From the human T2T-CHM13v2.0 reference genome, Homo sapiens, in assembly GCF_009914755.1 (NCBI RefSeq), contig NC_060926.1: a stretch of 64,000 bases of DNA; one strand, given 5' to 3'. Under the pieces are notes generated by a model. The model was not told the origin of the DNA. It saw only the letters and a program-made list of their open reading frames with translations, and searched no databases. Each line of letters starts with the position of its first letter. The first letter of the stretch is position 1. Shown in pieces: positions 43,293-59,067 of this stretch. Both the position numbers and the translations under genes were made by a program.

Positions 43293-45350
43293 TTTTTTTT
43301 TTTTTTTTTTTTTTTACTTTAAGTTCTGGGGTATATGGGCAAAATGTGCAGGTTTGTTACATAGGTACACATGTGCCATGGTGGTTTGCTGCACCCATCA
43401 ACCCACCACCTACATTGGGCATTTCTCCTAATGCTATCTCTCCACTAGCCTCCCACACCCCAACAGGCCCCAGTGTGTGATGTTCCCCTCCCTGTGTCCA
43501 TGTGTTCTCATTGTTCAACTCCCACTTATGAGTGAGACCATGTGGTGTTTGGTTTTCTGTTCTCGTGTTAGTTTGCTGAAAATGATGGTTTCCAGTTTCA
43601 TCCATGTTCCGGCAAAGAACATGAACTCATCCTTTTTTATGGCTGCATAGTGTATGCATGGTGCACATGTGCCACAGTTTCTTTATCCAGTCTATCATTG
43701 ATGGGCATTTGGGTTGGCTCCAAGTCTTTGCTATTGTGAACAGTGCCGCAGCAAACATACATGTATATGTGTCTTTATAGTAGAATGACTTATAATCCTT
43801 TGGGTATATACCCAATAATGGGATTGCTGGGTCAAATGGTATTTCTGATTCTAGATACTTGAGGAATCGCCACACTGTTTTCCACGACGGGTGAACTAAT
43901 TTACCCTGTCACCAACAGTGTAAAAGCATTCCTATTTCTCCACATCCTCTCCAGCATCTGTTGTTTCCTGACTTTTTAATGATTGCCATTCTAACTGGCC
44001 TGAGATGGTATCTCATTGTGGTTTTGGTTTGCATTTCTCTAATTACCAGTGATGATGAGCTTTTTTTTCATATGTTTGTTGGCTGCATAAATGTCTTCTT
44101 TTGAGAAGTGACTGTTCATATCCTTCACCCATTTTTTGATGGAGTTGTTTATTTTTCTTGTAAATTTGCTTAAATTCTTTGTAGATTCTGGTTATTAGCC
44201 CTTTGTCAGATGGATAGATTGCCAAAATTTTCTTACGTTCAGTAAGTTGCCTGTTCGCTCATGATAGTTTCTTTTGCTGTGCAGAACTCGTTAGTTTAAT
44301 TAGATCCCATTTGTCAATTTTGGCTTTTGTTGCCATTGCTTTTGGTGTTTTAGTCATTAAGTCTTTGCCCATGCCTAGGTCCTGAATGGTATTGCCTAGG
44401 GTTTCTTCTAGGATTTTTATGGCTTTAGGTTTATGTTTAAGTCTCTAATTCATCTTGAGTTAATTTTTGTAGAAGGTGTAAGGAAGGGGTCCAGTTTCAG
44501 TTTTCTGCATATGGCTAGCCAGTTTTCCCAACACCACTTATTAAATAGGGAAGCTTTTTCCCATTGCTCTTTTTGTCAGGTTTGTCAAAGATCAGATGGT
44601 TGTAGATGTGTGGCATTATTCCTGAGGACTCTGCTCTTTCCATTGGTCTATATATCTGTTTTGGTACTGGTACCATGCTGCTTTAATACTGTAGCCTTGT
44701 AGTATAGTTTGAAGTCAGGTAGCAGGATGCCTCTAGTTTTGTTCTTTTTGCTTAGGATTGTCTTGGCTATACGTGCTCTTTTTTGGTTTTTTGGTTCCAT
44801 ATGAAATTTAACGTAGTTTTCTCTAATTCTGTGAAGAAAGTCAATGGTAGCTTGATGGGGATAGCATTGAATTTATAAAATACTTCAGGCAGTATGGTCA
44901 TTTTCATGATATTGATTCTTCCTATCTATGAGCATGGAATATTTTCCCATTTGTTTGTGTCCTCTCTTATTTCCTTGAGCAGTGGTTTGTAGTTCTCCTT
45001 AAAGAAGTCCTTCATATTCCTTGTAAGTTGTATTCCTAGATATTTTATTCTCTTTGTGGCAATTGTGAATGGAATTGACTCAGGATTTGGCTCTCTGTAT
45101 GTCTATTATTGGTGTATAGGAATGCTTGTGATTTTTGCACATTGATTTTGTATCCTGAGACTTTGCTGAAATTGCTTATCAGCTTAAGGAGATTTTGGGC
45201 TGAGATGATAGGGTTTTCTAAATATACAATCGTGTCATCTGCAGAGACAATTTGACTTCCTCTCTTCCCATCTGAACAGACTTTATATCTTTCTCTTGCC
45301 AATTGCCCTGACCAGAACTTCCAATACTATGTTGAATAGCAGTGGTTGAG
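43293..45350 (-). mobile_element. L1PA7/8-like 3' 2 kb (left arm of the inverted L1 pair)
   Basis: ORF2 from the PLLFNIV region to the 3'UTR with poly-T. Confidence 0.95.
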
Positions 45351-47387
45351 AAGAGCAACCCCAAGACACATAATCGTCAGATTCATCAAGGTTGAAATGA
45401 AGGAAAAAATATTAAGGGCAGCCAGAGAGAAAGGTTGGGTCACAAAGGGAAGCCCATCAGACTAACAGCGGATATCTCTGCAAAACACCCTACAAGTCAG
45501 AAGAGAGTGGGGGCCAATATTCAACATTTTTAAAGAAAAGAGTTTTTAACCCAGAATTTCATATCCAGCCAAACTAAGCTTCATAAGCAAAGGAGAAATA
45601 AAATATTTTACAGATGAGCAAATGCTGAGATATTTTGTCACCACCAGGCCTGCCTTACAAGAGTTCCTGAAGAAAGCACTAAATATGGAAAGTAAAAGCT
45701 GGTACCAGCCAATGCAAAAACATACCAAATTGTAAAGACCATCAACACTATGAAGAAACTACATCAACTAACAGGCGAAATAACCAGCTAGCATCATAAT
45801 GACAGGATCAAATTCACACATAACAATATTAACCTTAAGTGTAAACAGGCTAAATGCCCCAAATAAAAGACACAGACTGGCAAATTGGATAAAGAATCAA
45901 GACCCATCAGTGTGCTGTATTCAGGAGACCCATCTCACGTGCAGAGACATGCATAGGCTCAAAATAAAGGGGTGGAGGAATATTTACCAAGCAAATGGAA
46001 AGAAAAAAAAAAAGCAGGGGTTGCAATCCTAGTCTCTGATAAAACAGAATTTGAACCAACAAAGATCTAAAAAGACAAAGAAGGGCATTAAATAATAGTA
46101 AAGGGATCAATGCAACAAGAAGAGCTCTCTATCCTACATATATATGCACCCAATACAGTAGCACTCAGATTCATAAAGCAAGTTCTTAGAGACCTACAAA
46201 GAGACTTAGACTCCCACACAATAATAGTGGGAGACTTTAACACCCCCGTGTCAATATTAGACCAATGAGACAGAAAATTAACAGGGATATTCAGGACTTG
46301 AACTCAGCTCTGGACCAAGCAGACCTAGTAGACATCTACAGAACTCTCCACCCCAAATCAACAGAATATACATTCTTCTCAGAACCACATCACACTTATT
46401 CTAAAATTGACCACATAGTTGGAAGTAAAACACTCCTCAGCAAATGCAAAAGAATGGAAATCATAACAGTCTTTCAGACCACAGTGCAATGAAATTAGAA
46501 CTCAGGATTAAGAATCTCACTCAAAACCACACAACTACATGGAAACTGAACAACCTGCTCCTGAATGACTACCAGGTAAATAACAAAATTAAAGCAGAAA
46601 TAAATAAGTTCTTTGAAACCAATGAGAACAAAGACACAATGTACCAGAATATCTGGGACACAGCTAAAGCAGTGTTTAGATGAACATTGATGTGAAAATC
46701 CTTAATAAAATACTGGCAAACTGAATCCAGCAGCACATCAAAAAGTTTATCCACCTCGATCAAGTCCGCTTCCTCCCTGGGATGCAAGGCTGGTTCAACC
46801 CATGCAAATCAATAAACGTAATCCAGCTTATAAACAGAACCAATGACAAAAACTACATGATCTCATCTGCATCTCAATAGATGCAGAAAAGGCCTTCAAT
46901 AAAATTCAACACCCCTTTATGCTAAAAACTCTCAATAAACTAAGTATTGGTGGAACATATCTCAAAATAATAAGAGCTATTTATGACACACCCACAGCCA
47001 ATATCACACTGAATAGGCAAAACCTGGAAGCATTCCCTTTGAAAACCGGCACAAGAAAAGGAAGGCCTCTCTCAACACTCCTATTCAACATAGTATTGGA
47101 AGTTCTGGCCAGGGCAATCAGACAAGAGAAAGAAATAAACGGTATTCAAATAGGACGAGAGGAAGTCAAATTGTCTTTGTTTGCAGATGACATGATTGTA
47201 CATTTAGAAAACCCATTGGCTCAGCCCCAAATCTCATTAAGCTGATAAGCAACTTTGGCAAAGTCTCAGGATACAAAATCAATGTGCAAAAATCACAAGC
47301 ATTCTTATACACCAATAATAGACAGAGAGCCAGATCATGAGCAAACTCCCATTCACAATTGGTACAAAGAGAATAAAATACCTAGGA
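45348..47387 (+). mobile_element. Inverted L1 segment (mid-ORF1 to RT) with internal deletion
   Basis: ORF2 start MTGSNSHITILTL at 45799; jump from KAVFR to the MNIDxKIL region at 46680; ends at IKYLG. Confidence 0.92.
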
Positions 47388-49797
47388 CTCATCCCTTTTT
47401 ATTTCCCCATATACACTGGACTGCCAGCCGTATCAAAAGACCCATATCATGATCTTTCTTTTTTTTTTTTTTTTTTTTTTTTTTGCCATGGTGCCATTGC
47501 ATATCCCCCGAACATCTTTATCCTTCTCTTTCACTTGGCTTACTCTTGCTTGTTAAGGTTGAGATCAAGAATCTTCAGGTAAACCTTAGATCCACTAATA
47601 TTGTCTCGGGAGAGCCCCTTTTGCAATCACATTTCCTCTACTTACCTCCATTATAACCCTGTCTGTACTCTTTGTAGTTCTGGGCTCCTCATAACTGTCT
47701 CTGCCACTTTTGTGTGAGTTCCTTGAAATCAGCCTGTATGCCCAGTGTTAGGATTCTCTATGAGGCATAACAGGCACTCAGTATATGCATGCGGGAGCCT
47801 GGTCAGTACAGGGAAGCAGAAACATCCCTAAGCATGAGAACAGACTTTCTCAACAAGAGGGCTGTTTGCCCCGAGCCCCTTCGGATGTTAGCCTTGTCTC
47901 CTACGATCCCAATTCACAGAAACTTTAGAATTATTTTTATCTGTGTTTTCTTTTTCTGATCGTAGGCTTTTTCTTTCTGGTTCTACTTAATTCACCTAAA
48001 CTGGATCACACCTGCTTACGCAGTTGCCGTTGAAATTTTTATTGGAATTCTTAAAGCATTCAGGAGTGAACCATGTTTTATATATAACATGCTCAAGCAT
48101 TGTGATAGGTTCAAATATGATAAATGATCTTTATTTTGGAAAATATTAGAAAAAATTCTAACATTTTATAAGGCACTGTCACTTATATTGCAATTTTACT
48201 ATCTCTTACGTCAGTACCTAGAGCCATGCAACATTTTAAAGATCATCTTTTTATATTTTTCAATGCTGGGATATTATAAAGAATGAGGTTGTGTTTTGAT
48301 TGATAAGGACCAGAGCACAGTTTCTGTAGAAATTAGTACTGGGATTCATTATATGCAAATATTTTCTAGTCATGCAAATGTTTCCCTTATAATTTTTAAA
48401 GTATTTTACTGAATTGTCACTTCTGTTACATATTCACATGCAATTTGTTTCAATCTGGAAAAATTACTTATGCTAAAAATTAAAAACAAATTGAAAATCT
48501 TATTAAAAGCCAAATTTAGATTTGTTTGGCTTTTATAACCAATTTTTGCTAAAATTATTAGTAATAGCAAGCCAAAATTCATGCAAAATACTGTGGAGAG
48601 ATAAAATTATTTTTATAATAGTATACTATAAAACATGTGTGTAAACATCAACTGTTTTTGAGGATCTTCTGTTTTGTTTAAGTCTTGTAGTACATTTTGC
48701 CTCCTGCCTAAATTAAACTGTTGTAACAACATTAGATGGTACCGCCATCAAATTAGTTGTAAGGTTAAATTTACATGTGTTTCATTTAGCAAGATGTTTC
48801 CTCTTTGGTCAGATCAAGAAATGTCTAATATAATTTCTGAAATACTTGCAAGAATATATCCAAAAATGTTATTTTTGGTTAATCGTTGTATACATTTATG
48901 AGGCACAGTGTGATGTTTTAATAGATGTATACAATGTGGAATGATTAAATCAAGCTAATTAACATATTCTTCACATTGTTTACCTATTTTTTATGGTGAG
49001 ACATTTGGAATTTACTCTCTTAACTATTTTGAAATACTTAATACAATATTATTGACTATAGTCACCCTGCTGTGCAAAAGACCTCAAAACCTATTCCTCC
49101 TATGTGAATCTTTGTACCCTTTGATCAGCAACTCGCCATTCCTATCCTCTTACCCGCCACCACCTTCAGCCTCTGATAACCATCATTTTACTTTCTACTT
49201 CTCTGAGTTCAACTTTGTTAGATTCCACAGATTAGTGAGATCATGAGGTATTTCTCTCTCTGTTCCTGTTTTATTTCACTTAGCTTAGTGTCCTTCAGAT
49301 TTATCCATGTTGTCCCAAATAACAGGATTTCCTTGCCTTTTAAGGCTGACTAGTATTCCATTGTATATATAGACCATAGTTTCTTTATCCATTTATCCAT
49401 TGATGAACACTTGGGTTTAATCCATATCTTGGCTATTGTGAATAGCTACAATGAACACGGATGTGCAAAGATCTCTTCAACATATTGATTTCACTTTCTT
49501 TAGATATAGATGCAGAAATGGGATTACTGGATCACATGGTAGTTCTCTTTTTAGTTTTTTGAGGAACCTCCATAAGGTTTTCCATAATGACTCTACTAAT
49601 TTACATTCCCCCCAATAATATACAAGCTTAATTCATTTTATCTTATCGTGCTTTGCTTTATTGTGCTTCACAGATACATGTTTTTTTTACAAATTGGAAG
49701 TTTGTGCAAAGACTGCATTGAGCAAGTCTATCGGTGACATTTTTCCAACAGCATGTGCTCACTTTATATCTCTGTGTTACATTTTGGTCATTCTTGA

Positions 49798-50150
<353 letters not shown>

Positions 50151-50399
50151 GATGAGTTATTTTTGATATTACTATTGTAATTGTTTTGGTGCACCACGAA
50201 TTGCACTCATATAAGATGGTGAATTTAATCAATAAATGTTGTGTATGTTCTGACTGCTCCACCAATGGGTCACTCCCCCACCTGTTTCCCTCTCCTCAGG
50301 CATTCCTATTCCTTGAGACACACAGCAGAAAATTAGACTAATTAATAACCTGCAAGGACTGTAAGTGTTCAAGTAAAATAAAGCGTTACATGTCTCAAA

Positions 50400-51800
50400 A
50401 GCTACAAATGATTAAGCTTAGTGAGGAAGGCATGTTGAAAACTGCTATATGCTGAAAGGTAGACCTCTTGTGCCAAATCATCAGCAAAGTTGTGAATAAA
50501 AGGAAAAGTTCTTGAAGGAAATTAAAAATGTTACTCCAGTGAATACACAGATGATAAGAAAGCAAAACAGCTTCATTACTGATAGGGATAAAGTTTGAGT
50601 GATCTTAATAGAAGATCAAAGCAGTCACAACATTCCCTCAAGCCAAAGCCTAATCCAAAGAAAGGCCCTAACTCTGTTCAATACTAAGAAGGCTGAGAGA
50701 AGTGAGGAAGCTGCAGAGGAAAAGTTTAAAGGTAGCAGATGCTGGTTCATGAAGTTTTGGGAAAGACACTTATCCATAACATGTAAGTGTAAGGTGAAGC
50801 ATCAAGTGCTGATGGAGAAGCTGCAGCAAGCTGTCCAGAAGATGTAGCTAAGATAAGTGATGAAAGTGACTACACTAAAGAACAGATTTTTAATGTAGAT
50901 GAAACAGCCTTATATTGGAAGAAGGTTATCATCTAAGACTTTCACAGCTAGAGAAAAAAAATTCAGTGGTTGGCTCCAAACCTTTAAAGAACAGGCTGAC
51001 TCTCTTGTTAGGGGCTAATGTAGCTGGTGATTTTAAGTAAAAGCCAATGCTCTCTTATCATTCTGAAAATCTTAAGAGTTCTGTAATTATGCTAAATTTA
51101 CTCCGCCTGTGTTCTATAGATGGAACAACAAAACGCGGATGATAGTACGTTTATTTGTAGCATGGTGTACTGAATATTTTAAGCCCACTGTTGAGACCTG
51201 TTGCTCAGAAAAATAGATTTCTTTGAAAACATTATTGCTCACTGACAATGCACCTGGTCACCTAAGGGCTCCAATAGAGATATACAAGGAGATTAATGTT
51301 GTTTTCACGTCTGCTAACACAACATCTATTCTGCAGCCCATGGATCAAAGAGTTATTTTGACTTTCAGGTATTATTATTTAATAAATACATTTTGTAAGA
51401 CTACAGTTACCATAGATAGTGATTTCTCTGATGGATCTGGGCAAAGTAAATTCAAAGCCTACTGGAAAGAATTCATTATTCTAGATGTCACTAAGAATAT
51501 TTGAGATTTACAGGAGAAGGAAGATATTAGCATTACCATGAGTTTGGAAGAAGTCGATTCCTGCCCTCGTGGATAATTTTGAGAAGATGAAGACTTTAGT
51601 GGAAGAAGTAACTGCATATGTGGTGGAAATAGCAAGATAAGTAGAAATAGAGATGGAGCCTGAAGAGGTGATTGAATTGCTACAGTCTCATGATAAAACT
51701 TGAATGGATAAAGTGTTGCTTCTTATGATTATGCAAAGAGAGTGATTTTTGAGATGGAAACTACTCCTGCTGAAGATGCTGTGAACATTATTGAAATGGT
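50400..51800 (+). pseudogene. Decayed Tigger1 (pogo family) transposase
   Basis: CENP-B-type HTH ([10 protein letters not shown]...[11 protein letters not shown]) and DDE-region motifs ([15 protein letters not shown]) in broken frames. Confidence 0.85.
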
Positions 51801-51920
51801 GACAAAAACTTGAAAATATTGTATAAACTTAGTTGATAAGACAGCATCAAGTTTTGAGAGGATAGACTTCATATTTGAAGGAAGGTCTATGAATCAAAAG
51901 TTATCAAATAGAATCACATG

Positions 51921-53886
51921 ATAGGAAGAGAGGAAGTCAAATTGTCTCTGTGTGCAGATGATATAATTGTATATTTGGAAAACCCCATCATCTCAGTTCA
52001 AAAACTCCTTAAGCTGATAAGCAACTTCAGCAGTCTAAGGATACAAAGTCAGTGTGCAAAAATCACAAGCATTCCTATATGCCAATAATAGACACACAGA
52101 GAGCCAAATCATGAGTGAATTCACATTGACAATTGTTACAAAGAAAATGAAATACCTAGGAATACAACGTACAAGGGATGTGAAGGACCTCCTCAAGGAT
52201 AACTACAAACCACTGCTCAAGGAAATAAGAGAGGACACAAATAAATGGAAAAACATTCCATGCTCATGGATAGGAAGAATCAATAACGTGAAAACGGCCA
52301 TACTGCCCAAAGTAATTTATAGATTCAATGCTCTCCCCATCAAGCTACCATTGACTTTCTTCACAGAATTAGAAAAAACTACTTTAAATTTCATATGGAA
52401 CCAAAAAGAGCGCGTATAGCCAAGACAATCCTAAGCAAAAAGAACAAAGCTAGAGGCATCATGCTACCTGACTTCAAACTCTACTGCAAGGCTGCAGTAA
52501 CTAAAACTGCATGGTACTGGTACCAAAACAGATATATAGGCCAATGTAACAGAACAGAGGCCTCAGAAATAATGCCACACATCTACAACCATCTGATCTT
52601 TGACAAACCTGACAAAAACAAGCAATGGGGAAGGGATTCCCTATTTAATAAATGGTGTTGGGAAAAACTGGCTATCCATATGTAGAAAATTGAAACTGGA
52701 CCCCTTCCTTACACCTTCTACAAAAATTAACTCAAAGTGGATTAGAGACTTAAATGTAAACCTAGAACCATAAAAACCCTAGAAGAAACCCTAGACAATA
52801 CCATTCAGGACCTAGGCATGGGCAAAGACTTAATGACTAAAACACCAAAAGCAATGGCAACAAAAGCCAAAATTGACAAATGGGATCTAATTAAACTAAC
52901 GAGTTCTGCACAGCAAAAGAAACTATCATGAGTGAACAGGCAACTTACTGAATGTAAGAAAATTTTGGCAATCTATCCATCTGACAAAGGGCTAATAACC
53001 AGAATCTACAAAGAACTTAAGCAAATTTACAAGAAAAATAAACAACTCCATCAACAAATGGGTGAAGGATATGAACAGTCACTTCTCAAAAGAAGACATT
53101 TATGCAGCCAACAAATATGTGAAAAAAAAGCTCATCATCACTGGTCATTAGAGAAATGCAAATCAAAACCACAATGAGATACCATCTCAGGCCAGTTAGA
53201 ATGGCAATCATTAAAAAGTCAGGAAACAACAGATGCTGGAGAGGATGTGGAGAAATAGGAATGCTTTTACACTGTTGGTGACAGTGTAAATTAGTTCACC
53301 TGTCGTGGAAAACAGTGTGGCGATTCCTCAAGTATCTAGAATCAGAAATACCATTTGACCCAGCAATCCCATTATTGGGTATATACCCAAAGGATTATAA
53401 GTCATTCTACTATAAAGACACATACACATGTATGTTTGCTGCGGCACTGTTCACAATAGCAAAGACTTGGAACCAACCCAAATGCCCATCAATGATAGAC
53501 TGGATAAAGAAACTGTGGCACATTTGCACCATGCATACACTATGCAGCCATAAAAAAGGATGAGTTCATGTTCTTTGCCGGGACATGGATGAAACTGGAA
53601 ACCATCATTTTCAGCAAACTAACACGAGAACAGAAAACCAAACACCACATGGTCTCACTCATAAGTGGGAGTTGAACAATGAGAACACATGGACACAGGG
53701 AGGGGAACATCACACTCTGGGTCCTGTCGGGGTGTGGGGGGGTTAGGGGAGGGATAGCATTAGGAGAAATACCTAATGCAGGTGATGGGTTGATGGACGC
53801 AGCCAACCACCATGGCTCATGTATACCTATGTAACCAGCACGTTCTGTACGTGTATCCCAGAACTTAAATTATAATAATAAAAAAA
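51921..53886 (+). mobile_element. L1PA7/8-like 3' 2 kb in Tigger1 (right arm of the inverted L1 pair)
   Basis: ORF2 from the [10 protein letters not shown] region to the 3'UTR and A tail. Confidence 0.95.
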
Positions 53887-53947
53887 TTCTTTGTGAAAGG
53901 AAGGATCAATGGTTGTAGCAAAATTTGTTGTTGTGTTATTTTACTAA

Positions 53948-54425
<478 letters not shown>

Positions 54426-55521
54426 TAGCCATAATGCTATGGCATACTTAATAAACTACAGTATACTGTAAACATGACTTTATATGCACTCAGAAACCAA
54501 AACACTCTTGTGCCTCTATTGTTGCAATACGTGCTTTATTACCATGGTCTGGAATCAAAACTGCAATATCTCCAAGATATGCCTGTATAAGAGTTCTATT
54601 TTTTCTGCCTCCTCTCCCATACTTGTTACCATTCATCTTTTTGATAAAAGCCATTCTAGCAGATGGGAGATGATATCTCATTGTTTTAATTTGTATTTCC
54701 CTAATGATTAGTAATGGATATTTATCATGTACTTATTTGTCATTCATATATATCTTCTTTTAAGAAATATTTGTTCAGGTCCTTTGCCCATCTTTTAATT
54801 GAGCTATTTGTTTCCTTGCTATTGAGTTGAGTCCCTTTTATATTTTGGACATTAATCCCTTATCAGTTATATACTTTTCAATATTCTTGCATTCTGTAAG
54901 TTGTCTCTTCCCTTTTTTTCCTTGCTGTGCAGTAGCTTTTAGTTTAATACCATCTCATTTGTCTATTTTTGATTTTATTGCCTGTGCCGTTGGGGTCATA
55001 TCCAAATAAATCATTGTTCTGACCTGTTTTCTTCTTGTAGTTTCATAGTTTCAGATCTTAAGTCTTTTATCTATTTTGAGTTTATTTTTGTATATGGTTT
55101 AAGAGTCTAATTTTATTCTTCTGCCTTTGTAGAACCAGTTTCCAGACCCTATTTATTGATGACACTGTCCTCTCCTAATTGTGTGTATTTTGCACCTTTT
55201 TCAAAAATCAATGGACTATAAATGGGTGAGTTTATTTCTGAAGTTTCTGTCTAATTTCAGTGGTCAGTGTTTCTGTTTTTATGCCAGTACCATGCTGTTT
55301 TGATTACTGTTACTTTATAATGTTTCAAATCATAAAGTGTGATGCCTCCAGCTTTGTTCTTTTTGCTCAAGACTGTTTTGGTTATTTGGGGTCTTTTGTG
55401 GTTCCATACAAATTAATGATTATTTTTTTCTGTTTCTGTGAAAAATGACATTGAAATTTGATAGTAGTTACATTGAGTCTGTAGGTTACTTTGGGTAGTA
55501 TGGATATATTCACAACATTAA

Positions 55522-55847
<326 letters not shown>

Positions 55848-58800
55848 AGGATATCTTAACATTTTATTGTGTTTTCTTCAATTTCTTTTATCAGTGTTTT
55901 CTTGTTTTGAGTAGAAAAGACTTTTATATCCTTGGTAAAGTTTATACCTAATTTTTTAGGGTTGCTGTTGTAAATGGAATTGTTTTCTTAAGTTCCTTTC
56001 TGAATAGTTCATTATTAGTATATAGAAATGCTACTGATTTTTATATGTTGATTTTGTACCTTGCAAATTTGCTGATTTTTAAAATCAGTTCAAATAGTTT
56101 TTTTGGCGGAGTCTTCTGGATTTTTTATGTGTAGATAATGTCATCAGCAAATACAGACAATTTCACTTCCTCCTCTCTTTGTAGGAAAGAAATTTCTTTC
56201 TTTTGCCTAGTTACTCTGGCCAGCACTTCCAATATTATGTTGAAAGGAAGTGGTGGAAATTGGGCATCCTTGTTTTGTCCCGGATCTTAGAGGAAAAGCT
56301 TTCAACTTTTTGCTGTTGAGAATAATGTTAGCTACAATTTTGGCATATATGGTCTTTAATGTGTTGAGGTACATTCTCTGTATACTTAATATGTTGAGAG
56401 TTTTTTAAAAAATCATGAATGGGTGTTGAATTTTGTCAAATGCTTTTTCTGCATCTATAGAGATGATCATATAATTTTTCTTCTTTATTTTGTAATGTGG
56501 TATGTCACATTTATTGATTTGCATATGTTGAAACATCCTAACATTCCAGGGATAAATCCCACTTGATCATGGTGAATTATTCTTTTAATGTGTTCTTGAA
56601 TTTGGTTTGCTAATATTTTGGTTAGGCTTTTTGCATCTTGGTTCATCAGGGATATTGACCTATAATTTTCTTTTCTTTTAGTGTACTTGTATTGCTTTGG
56701 TATCAGGATAATGCTAGTCTCATGAAATGACTTAGAAAGTCTTTGTTCCTCTTTAAATTTTTGGAAGAGTTTGAAAAGAATTGGTGTTAGTTCTTTAAAT
56801 GTCTTTTAGAATTCAGCAATGAAGCGTTCTGGTTGCGGGCTTTTCTTTGATGAGAGATGTTTTATTACTGATTTAATCTCCTTACTCATTACTGGACTGC
56901 TTAGATTTTCCTATTTCTTCATGATTCAGTCTCTGTTTGTTGTATGCATCTCAGAATTTATTTTTTTATAGATTTCCCAATTAGCTGATGTAAAATTGTT
57001 CATAATGGTTTCTTATAATCCTTTGTGTTTCCATGATATCAGTTGTAATGTCTCTGTTTTCATTTCTGATCTTATTTGAGTAGTTTCTTCCTTTTTCCTA
57101 GTTAGTCTAGCTAAGGATTTATTGATTTTGTCTTTCCAAAAATTTAGTTTCATTGATTTTTTTTCTCTTACTTTCTAGTATCTATATCATTTATTTCTTA
57201 TCTGAACTTTGTTCTTTCCTTCCTTCTGCTAACTTCGGGCTTAATGTATTCTTTTTATAGTTCCTTAAGGTGTAAAGTCAGATTATTTGTGACCTTTCTT
57301 CTTTTTTGATATAGACATTTATTGCCATTAATGTCCCTCTTAGGACTGCTTTTCCTGCACCTCAGGAGTATTGGTATATTTTGTTTCCATTTTCATTTGT
57401 CTCAAGGTGTTTTTAAATTTTTTTTTATTTTTTTATGTGTTGTTTAGGCGATTGTTTTTTAGATATCCACTATTTGTGTATATTCCTAGATTTATCTTGT
57501 TACTGATTTCTGGCTTCATGCCATTGTGATCTGAAAAGATATTTGAAATGATTTCAATCCTCTTAAATTTGTTAAGGCTTGTTTTGTGACCAAACATATG
57601 ATCTATCCTGGAGAATGTTTCATGTGTCCTTGAGAAGAATGTGTCTTCTGCTGCTGTTTGGTAGAATTTTCTGTATATGTCTGTTAGGTCCATTGTCCAA
57701 AAGTATAATTCAAGTTTAATTTTTTTTACTAATATTCTGTCTAGATGACCTATCCATTGTTAAAAGTCAGGAGAGGATCTCTGCTGTTATTGTATTGCAG
57801 ATAATCTTTTTCTTCAGATCATTTAATACTTGCTTTATGTGTTTAAGTGCTCCAATGTTGAGTGCATATATATTTACAATGGTTATGCCTTCTTGGGGAT
57901 TGATCCTTTTATCATTATATAATGACCTTGTTTGTTTCTTTTTATAGTTTTTGACATATCTGTTTGGACTTATATAAGTATACTTACCCCTGCTCTCTTT
58001 CAATTTGCATGAAATACACATATTTCAGTCTATGTGTATCTTCACTAGTAAAGCAAATCTCTTATGGACAGCATATAGTTGAATCTTGTATGTCTGTTTT
58101 TAAATCCATTCAGCCACTCTATGTCTTTTTATTGGAGAATTTCATTTACATTAGAGGTCATTATTGATAGGAACTTTCTACTGTTGTAGTGTAATTTGTT
58201 TTCTGATGATTTTGTAGTTCATTTGTTTTTTATCTTCCTCTCTTGCTGTCTTCTTTTGTGGATTGATGGATTTCTGTGGTTGTATGTTTTTATTCTTTCT
58301 TTTTTATATTTTGTGCAACTACTGTAAGATTTTGCTTTGTGGTTATCATGAGGCTCACAAAAAATATCTTATCCCTCTAGGTTACTTCAAGATGATAACA
58401 ACTTGCCTTTAATTGCATACAAAAACTACATTTTCACTCCCTTGCCCTTTTATGATTCTGATGTCAAAATGTACAGTTGTTTCTGTAATTTATATCTCTT
58501 AACAACTTATTGTAACTACAGTTGTTTTAATAGTTGTGTCTTTTAGCTCTCCTAATAGGGATAAAATTGCTTTGTGGACCAACTTTATAGTATTGAAAAA
58601 TTCTGAGAATGAGTATGTATTACTTATACCACTGAGTTTTTACTTTCTTATGTTTTTGTCATTAGTAAGAGCTTTTTTTTCAGCTTAAAGAACTCTTTTT
58701 TCAAGCAATTACTATAAAGCAGGCCTAGTGGTGATGAACTACCTTGTTTGTTTGGAAAAGTTTTTATTTCTCCCTCATTTCTGAAGGACAGTTTTATTGG

Positions 58801-59067
58801 GTGAAGTATTCTTGGTTGGCATTTTTTTTCCTTCAGCACTTTGAATATATCTTCCCATTCTCCTGGTCTGTAGGATTTCTGCTGAACAAATTCTGGTTTA
58901 TATACAATTTTCTTTACCAACTATGTTAGCACAACTGCCCTAGGCTTACTCTAGACAATCTTTTAAGTCAATGGCAAAAATGGAAGGACATTTATTTTCT
59001 TTACTGAAGTTACATATTATACTTTCTACAACATGTATAAATGGAAAAACTCAGTAATTTTAACTTT

